The translations under genes were made by a program, and so were the position numbers. A stretch of DNA of 64,000 nt from Paracoccaceae bacterium (GTDB taxonomy: Bacteria; Pseudomonadota; Alphaproteobacteria; Rhodobacterales; Rhodobacteraceae): contig OZ244066.1 in NCBI GenBank assembly GCA_965215545.1, positions 585,358 through 649,357 of the forward strand, given 5' to 3'. Below are positions 58,008 to 64,000 of this stretch, piece after piece (the first letter of the stretch is position 1; each line of letters begins with the position of its first letter). Below the pieces are notes generated by a model. The model was not told the origin of the DNA. It saw only the letters and a program-made list of their open reading frames with translations, and ran no database searches.

Positions 58008-59234
58008 ATGACACCGGTGGTGATGAAGTTTGGTGGCACATCCGTCGCCACGATCGAAAAAATGCAGAAGGCTGCCAGTTTCATCAAGCAGGAAGTCGAT
58101 GGCAAGTCACCTGTCATTGCCGTGGTCTCGGCCATGGCGGGCGAGACCAATCGCCTCGCGGACCTGGTCGGTGCGGTCTCCCCGGTCTTTGATGCCAGGG
58201 AGTATGACAGCATTCTTTCAACTGGCGAGACGGTCACCAGCGGCCTCATGGCCATCATCCTGCAGACGATGGGGGTGTCGGCCCGGAGCTGGCTGGGATG
58301 GCAGGTTCCGGTCCGGACGAGTTCGGTGCATGGTGCAGCCCGCATCCTCGGCATTGACCGAGCCCCTCTTGAGGCCCGGTTTGTCGATGGCATGGATGTG
58401 GCGGTGGTGGCCGGGTTCCAGGGGCTGAGTCCCGATGGACGAATCACCACCCTCGGTCGCGGTGGCTCGGATCTGACAGCTGTGGCCTTCGCTGCCGCCT
58501 TTGACCGGGCCCGCTGCATGATCTACACCGATGTGGATGGAGTCTTTACCGCCGACCCCCGGGTGGTGAAGGACGCCCGGAAACTCGGTCGCATTGCCTA
58601 CGAGGAGATGCTGGAACTGGCCTCTCTCGGCTCCAAGGTGCTGCAAACGCGTTCGGTGGAGCTTGCGATGCGCCATCGGGTGCCCGTTCACGTGCTGTCG
58701 AGCTTCACCGGCCGGCCAGGCACACTTGTCACTGATGAGGAAACAGACATGGAAACACGGACGATTTCAGGGATTGCCCACTCGCGCGATGAAGCCAAGG
58801 TGACCCTGCAGTCCGTCGCGGACCGTCCGGGGATTGCCGCAACGATCTTTTCCGCCCTGGCCAGCCACAGCATCAATATCGACATGATTGTCCAGAACAT
58901 TGCCGAGGACAACCGCACCGATATCACTTTCTCCTGCCCGGTGGCCGATGTCGTCAAGGCCAGGACCGCCATCGAGACCTTGCGCGACAATGGCGACCTC
59001 AACCTTGCAGGCCTGAGCTGCGACGAGGCGGTTTGCAAGGTCTCGGTGGTCGGGATCGGCATGCGGACCCAGTCCGGCATCGCCGCCAAGATGTTTACCG
59101 CACTCGGTCGCGAGAACATCAACATCAAGGTGATCTCGACCTCGGAAATCAAGATCTCCGTCCTGGTCGCCAGGAAAGACATGGAACGCGCAGTCCGGAC
59201 CCTGCACGAGGACTTTGGATTGCATCAGCAATGA
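58008..59234 (+). CDS. lysC: Aspartate kinase
   Basis: 408 aa. VVMKFGGTSVA, VVSAMAGETNRL, GRGGSDLTAVAFAAA, and two C-terminal ACT domains. Confidence 0.95.
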   Translation: MTPVVMKFGGTSVATIEKMQKAASFIKQEVDGKSPVIAVVSAMAGETNRLADLVGAVSPVFDAREYDSILSTGETVTSGLMAIILQTMGVSARSWLGWQVPVRTSSVHGAARILGIDRAPLEARFVDGMDVAVVAGFQGLSPDGRITTLGRGGSDLTAVAFAAAFDRARCMIYTDVDGVFTADPRVVKDARKLGRIAYEEMLELASLGSKVLQTRSVELAMRHRVPVHVLSSFTGRPGTLVTDEETDMETRTISGIAHSRDEAKVTLQSVADRPGIAATIFSALASHSINIDMIVQNIAEDNRTDITFSCPVADVVKARTAIETLRDNGDLNLAGLSCDEAVCKVSVVGIGMRTQSGIAAKMFTALGRENINIKVISTSEIKISVLVARKDMERAVRTLHEDFGLHQQ

Positions 59235-61504
59235 TCCAGACCGCCGACATGCCCGATGCGACCCTGGAAACCCGCTCCCAGGACCTGCTTTTACGTCTCA
59301 ATGATGCCTTGGCCAGCGCCGGGGACGGCCAGCAGCGCCTCGACCTGATCACCAATGTCGTTGCCAACACCATCGGGGTGGAAGTCTGTTCCATCTACCT
59401 GCATCTTGATGAGACCACGCTTGAGCTCTGTGCCACGACCGGCCTGCGCTCGGAAGCGGTCCATAGGTCCCGGATCAACACATCCGAAGGTCTCGTCGGC
59501 AGGATTTCACGCGAACGCATCGTCATCAACACCCCGATCGCCAGGGATGAAAGCGGCTTCCTGTATATCGAGGAGACCGGGGAGGAACGCTACTCCTCAT
59601 TCCTCGGTGTGCCGATCCAGCGCCTCGGTCAGATGCTGGGCGTTCTCGTCGTCCAGAGCACCGAGGCCACAGCGTTTGCCATCGATGTGGTCAATACCCT
59701 CGCTGTCGTCGCCACCGTCATTGCCGAGATGCGCGAGACCGGCATCATCACCGGTGAAGGCCAGGCGCTGTCACGCATGCACACCCAACCTGTCACGTAC
59801 ACCGGCATGACCGCCCATGAGGGTCTCGCACAGGGACGGGTGCTCCTCCACGAACCCCGGGTGGTCATCACCAATCCCTTTGCCCGGGATACCCGGGCGG
59901 AACTCCAGCGTCTTAGTGAGGCCATCGCCACCTTGCGAGGCAATGTCGACACCCTGCTCGACGGCACGACCGCGCCCTCCCTCGAACAGCGCGAGATCCT
60001 GGAAACATATCGCATGTTCGCCAATTCACCCGGTTGGGTCAAACGAATGGAAGGCAACGTCCGCACTGGTCTCTCGGCAGAAGCCGCCGTCGAAATGGAG
60101 CAGACCGAGGCCCGCAGTCGCATGGAAAAGTCCTCCGACCCCTATCTGCGCGATCGCCTCCATGACCTCGACGATCTCTTCAACCGCCTGTTGCGCATTC
60201 TCACAGGCAAGGGCCAGACTGCCATCGAGGACATCCCGGATGACCCCATTCTGGTGGCCCGCAACATCGGGCCGGCCGAACTCCTCGATTATGGCCGGAC
60301 CCTCAAGGGAATCATTCTCGAAGAGGGTTCCATCGGTTCCCATGCCACCATCATCGCCCGGTCCATGTCCATCCCCCTGCTGATCCATGTCGCGGGCATC
60401 ACCACTGAAGCCCTCGAGGGTGACACGATCTGCCTGGACGCCGAACGTGGCAGCGTCCACCTGCGTCCCGATGAGCTGATCAGCGAAGCCATCCGCAACC
60501 GCATCGACATGGCTGCTGATGTCGAGGCCGTCTACACCCAGATCCGTGACAAGCCGGCCACAACCCTCGATGGCATCCGCATCGGCCTCATGATCAATGC
60601 CGGCCTGCTCGATGACCTGCCCAACCTCGAGCGCTCCGGCGGCGAAGGTGTGGGTCTGTTCCGGACCGAACTGCGCTTTCTGGCCGCCAACAGCATCCCG
60701 TCACGCACCGAACTGGCCAACCAGTATTCCAGGGTGCTCGATTCGGCCAAGGGACGCCGCGTGGTCTTCCGCACCCTCGACATTGGCTCGGACAAGGTCC
60801 TGCCGTACCTCAAGCGCGACGAAGAGCCCAATCCGGCCCTCGGGTGGCGGGCCATCCGGATCTCGCTCGACAAACCCGGTCTGCTCAGGATGCAGGTCCA
60901 GTCCCTTGTCCGGGGGGCCCGCGGGCGGCCCTTTGCCATCATGTTCCCCATGGTGGCCGGCCTCATGGAATTTCTCGAAGCCCGCGATATTGCCCTTGCG
61001 ACTCTCCAACGCGAACGCACCGCCGGCCAACCCGTCTCTGACGCCATCGAGATCGGCGCCATGCTCGAAACACCCTCGCTGGCCTTCGCCCCGGACCGCT
61101 TCTTTGCCATGACCGACTTTGTCTCCATCGGCGGCAATGACCTCAAGCAGTTCTTCTTTGCCGCCGACCGCCAGAACGAGCGCATCCGCTACCGCTATCA
61201 CAGCCACTTCATCAGCTACCTGTCCTTCATCCGCATGATCGCCGACCGCTGTCATGCCCACGACACCCCCATCAGCTACTGCGGTGAGGATGCCGGTCAA
61301 CCGGCTGTCGCGGTCTGCCTTGCGGCCATGGGTGTCCGCAGTTTCTCGCTGCGCTCCTCCTCCCTCGGCCGCGTCAAATACGCCCTCCACCGCGTCGATC
61401 TCACTGCCATCGCCACCCTCATCACCGACGCCACCCAAGCCGGCAAGACCACCGTCACCGATGATATCAAGGCCTACCTTGACCACGCCGAGGCCGAGAT
61501 CTGA
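59231..61504 (+). CDS. ptsP: Phosphoenolpyruvate--protein phosphotransferase PtsP (EI-Ntr, GAF + EI domains)
   Basis: The ATG at 59231 overlaps the lysC stop (ATGA). Has an N-terminal GAF domain, the catalytic-His region GSIGSHATIIARSMSIPL, and GVGLFRTELRF and ISYCGEDAG motifs. Confidence 0.9.
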   Translation: MIQTADMPDATLETRSQDLLLRLNDALASAGDGQQRLDLITNVVANTIGVEVCSIYLHLDETTLELCATTGLRSEAVHRSRINTSEGLVGRISRERIVINTPIARDESGFLYIEETGEERYSSFLGVPIQRLGQMLGVLVVQSTEATAFAIDVVNTLAVVATVIAEMRETGIITGEGQALSRMHTQPVTYTGMTAHEGLAQGRVLLHEPRVVITNPFARDTRAELQRLSEAIATLRGNVDTLLDGTTAPSLEQREILETYRMFANSPGWVKRMEGNVRTGLSAEAAVEMEQTEARSRMEKSSDPYLRDRLHDLDDLFNRLLRILTGKGQTAIEDIPDDPILVARNIGPAELLDYGRTLKGIILEEGSIGSHATIIARSMSIPLLIHVAGITTEALEGDTICLDAERGSVHLRPDELISEAIRNRIDMAADVEAVYTQIRDKPATTLDGIRIGLMINAGLLDDLPNLERSGGEGVGLFRTELRFLAANSIPSRTELANQYSRVLDSAKGRRVVFRTLDIGSDKVLPYLKRDEEPNPALGWRAIRISLDKPGLLRMQVQSLVRGARGRPFAIMFPMVAGLMEFLEARDIALATLQRERTAGQPVSDAIEIGAMLETPSLAFAPDRFFAMTDFVSIGGNDLKQFFFAADRQNERIRYRYHSHFISYLSFIRMIADRCHAHDTPISYCGEDAGQPAVAVCLAAMGVRSFSLRSSSLGRVKYALHRVDLTAIATLITDATQAGKTTVTDDIKAYLDHAEAEI

Positions 61505-61970
61505 TCAACCCGCACCATCAGGCCTTGCCGGCCCCAACCCCTGCGATGACAAATCGGCGCCCCCGAATGATCGCTGTCGGGAACGCCCGGAGGACAACCG
61601 GGATTCGCAACCCACCGGGACATGCCCAACTGCCGCGCAGGCCTTCGCAGACACGACCACGGACCCAGATGTCACATTGCCATCTGCAGTCATCCTGGCG
61701 CGCTGCCACCTGACGCGATCCCAAGCAACCAGGACAGTCATGGCATGACCCGGTCGACCCTTGCCATGCCCCGCTGCCACTTGAGAAGGCAGATCAAGGC
61801 ACGTCAATCCGGGTCAGAGACCCGCAGCCAGCAACCAGCGGAGATCACGCCTCCCCTGACAGTAGGCAGGGGACAGTCTTCCCATCATCCGGGGCCGGGC
61901 CCAGCGGGCGCGCTGGACTGTCCGACCGAAACCGTGTCCTTGATGGAGCAATTCGGAGACCTGGTGCAGA

Positions 61971-62660
61971 TCAGGCCACATCCGCGTTCGGCTCTCGTGC
62001 TGTCTGTCCACCGGCTGGCGTACCCTGCACCGTCTCCGGTCTGAAGATCTGGTGGTCTTTCAGATCATAACTGGCCTCGAGGTCGTCCGGGACATCCCTC
62101 GGAACCCAGTCATAATCCACCCGTGGTGGCGCGCGACCAGCATCCTCGATCTGTTCAAACAGACCAGTCGCAGAGTCGATGACGCCCATCCTCTCCAGAG
62201 CCACGGCAAACGACCAGGTGGACATCACCCGCATGAATGGGCCGAACCTGATCCGCTGAACACCCTTGTCCTCAAACAGCACCAGTCCGGAGGCCTTGCG
62301 GGACAGTCCATGGGCGAGCTCTTCGGCCAGATCACGAATTGAACGTTCTCCGGCATCCTTGAGTTTCGGGTTCCGGGGCACGCTGGCCCTGCCCCCCGGA
62401 GGGAGTTTCTCACGGAGCCGAAAAATCTCCATCATTGCTGCACCCCAGGCGGTCTCGACCACGCGGACACGATTCCCACCAGTCGCCAACCAGTCCCGAA
62501 GCCGATCCTGATCGGCAGTTCGCAACCGCCCCCCGAGAATTTCAAGCCTGACCGCATCCGTGATCAGGATGGGGCACGCAAATCTGTCGAGAAGGTCCAG
62601 CCGGTCAGCCCGGGCCAGCGAAATGAGTGGGCCAGCATCCGGGATGACGACAACGATCAT
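61971..62660 (-). CDS. PIN-like (DUF3368-type) putative toxin with an extended C-terminal region
   Basis: MIVVVIPDAGPLISLARADRLDLLDRFACPILITDAVRLEIL is the PIN/DUF3368 N-terminal pattern. At 229 aa it is about 70 aa longer than usual. ATGA overlap with the upstream small gene. Confidence 0.55.
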   Translation of the reverse strand: MIVVVIPDAGPLISLARADRLDLLDRFACPILITDAVRLEILGGRLRTADQDRLRDWLATGGNRVRVVETAWGAAMMEIFRLREKLPPGGRASVPRNPKLKDAGERSIRDLAEELAHGLSRKASGLVLFEDKGVQRIRFGPFMRVMSTWSFAVALERMGVIDSATGLFEQIEDAGRAPPRVDYDWVPRDVPDDLEASYDLKDHQIFRPETVQGTPAGGQTAREPNADVA

Positions 62661-62938
62661 GGAACCTTGCGCCCACTTCGATCATCCCCGTCTCTCTCCT
62701 CTTCCCCCCCGTCCGGGCGGCCGAGCAGTTGGCGCAGGATCGGGAGTCCCTCCCGCACCTCGCGTTCGGTTTCCTCTTCGCGGCCCTTGCCTTTCGGCAG
62801 CGGCAGATCGTGACGGGCCATGGCATCAAACAGGTGACTGTAGCCAAGACCCCCGGTGGCCTGAATGGCTTCCTGTGGCCCGATCAGACCCTCGGAATAG
62901 GCCCGCAGGACCTGGGCTGTCGTCGTGTACCGTGCCAT
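62657..62938 (-). CDS. Small antitoxin-like protein (UPF0175-like HTH)
   Basis: ATG at 62938 with a strong RBS (AAGGAGG). MARYTTTAQVLRAYSEGLIGPQEAIQATGGLGYSHLFDAMARHDLPLP, followed by an acidic tail. Confidence 0.5.
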   Translation of the reverse strand: MARYTTTAQVLRAYSEGLIGPQEAIQATGGLGYSHLFDAMARHDLPLPKGKGREEETEREVREGLPILRQLLGRPDGGEEERDGDDRSGRKVP

Positions 62939-64000
62939 CCTGACCTCCTTGCGCCGGTGTCTGTCCTTGTCCTGACAGCGTGCGTCGGCTCCCGACGAAT
63001 GCCCCCGGTCCTCGTGTCCCGGACTCGTCGTGGAGCCTGAAAACTCTTCCCCCTGCATTGGTGGGAGAGTGATGCGGCATCTGGCGAAATACGATGCTCC
63101 ATGAACGCCCGAATGACAATCGGGACCCTTTGGTCCGGTTGATGGCGATTGTCATGTCAGCCCATGGAGTGCGGTCCCGGGCACTTTGTCGAGGACCCGT
63201 GCTGCGCCTGCTGGACAGCGTTTGCCTTGCCCCAATTGCCTCTCATCCCTTCCGGTCCTGTCGGGCAGCCTCCACCTCCGTGGCTGCATCCACATCGGCA
63301 GGGTCGATCCGTTCCTCTGGAAGGCAGGGTCGATCGTCGGGATCGATCCTGCCACGCATTGTGCCCACAGGTTGGAGTCGCCCTTGTGTTGGCCCTGCGA
63401 ACCGCAATGATACGAATTCGAGCCTGTGTCAACGATGGCATTGCGCCCACCCGGCAACCATTCCGATCAGCCGATAGCGGTCCTTGCCATTTTCCATCGC
63501 GCGTCCCGTGCCGATCAGCCGCAGCGGATCGCGGCAGGCACGAGTGGTCATGGCAAAGTCGAGGCCCCGCTGCGTCAGACAGGCATCGTCCCCGGCATCA
63601 CCCCGCTCAAACCCTTATTCCATAGGCCAATGGCCCACATAGATCAACTCGCCCCGGGCTCATTCGCCCCCACTGCCACTGTGAACAACGATCTCCACTG
63701 GCTCAACAGCATGGACATCGCGGAACTCCGTACCTGCTCCAGTTCCTCCAGCCCGCCAAGCAGAAGAAGATCGCCCTCGATACCCTGGTCGATGCACACA
63801 ACGCGACCTGTGTCCGATAAGATCGGTTGGAGATCACGTCCTGCTCACCCGTGTCGGAAGAGCGCTCTTGCGGTCCATGATGCCGTGATGGCTCATCGCG
63901 GCACATGATATCACATAAGATATTTGCTTTCAATGAATGCAAAAAGGGCTTATGATATCATAAAGGACACAGCGTTGGAGGATAGCATGGCGAATATGAC

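Noticed and set aside
63500-63894. Possible relic of a serine recombinase on the minus strand (MDRKSALPTRVSRT.., ..VVCIDQGIEG.., ..GGLEELEQ.., ..MLLSQWRSL..).
   Set aside because: It follows the order YARVS / D.G.SG / RPGL / DRL only loosely. It needs several frameshifts and stops. It is too degenerate to call without a profile search.
63900-64000. TGATATCA-containing palindromes (ATGATATCAC at 63906-63915, TATGATATCATA at 63950-63961), followed by a GGAGGA RBS and an ATG at 63987.
   Set aside because: It may be an operator plus the start of a gene that leaves the window. Only 4 codons are visible, so nothing can be supported.

Overview
This is a 64-kb stretch of a high-GC, alphaproteobacterial-type chromosome. 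The assignment rests on gene order: dnaG-rpoD-nrdR-ribD-ribE-ribBA-ribH-nusB, plus rpoH and lysC-ptsP. Housekeeping blocks alternate with five accessory patches.

Core blocks:
- DjlA-like protein, 2-deoxyribosyltransferase, rpoH and rluD (0.1-3.9 kb).
- dnaG to nusB (7.2-19.0 kb).
- metG plus an APH-type kinase (23.0-25.8 kb).
- MlrC-like M81 peptidase plus a 5-gene peptide ABC importer (41.1-47.8 kb).
- An rpiR-family regulator (49.5-50.4 kb).
- A gntR-oxc-frc-formyltransferase-fhs oxalate/C1 operon (50.6-57.0 kb).
- DUF1178, lysC and ptsP (57.4-61.5 kb).

Accessory patches:
- (i) 3.9-7.2 kb: an ankyrin fragment and a frameshifted AAA ATPase.
- (ii) 19.0-22.6 kb: an AT-richer islet with a divergent HEPN-motif protein / SIR2-type protein pair, flanked by IS66-like debris.
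- (iii) 25.8-41.1 kb: an IS graveyard. It holds ISAs1, an IS4/DUF4338-like element with long terminal inverted repeats (TIRs), two IS5 elements, an IS1595-like transposon carrying a DNA methyltransferase, a MITE, a second AAA ATPase paralogue, a PD-(D/E)XK AAA-ATPase and secreted-protein genes.
- (iv) 47.8-49.5 kb.
- (v) 61.5-64 kb, with a PIN-like toxin-antitoxin pair.

Most notable observations:
- The SIR2/HEPN islet is a candidate defence module.
- RpoD is 1746 aa and is built from about five diverged copies of the sigma-70 non-conserved region.
- There are six G/C homopolymer tracts of 10-12 nt. One (G11) splits the transposon-borne methyltransferase exactly as in phase-variable mod genes. 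Three sit in a leader/signal-peptide cassette (PPPP) of otherwise unrelated secreted proteins.

All family assignments are by eye from motifs. No searches were run, and element boundaries are approximate.
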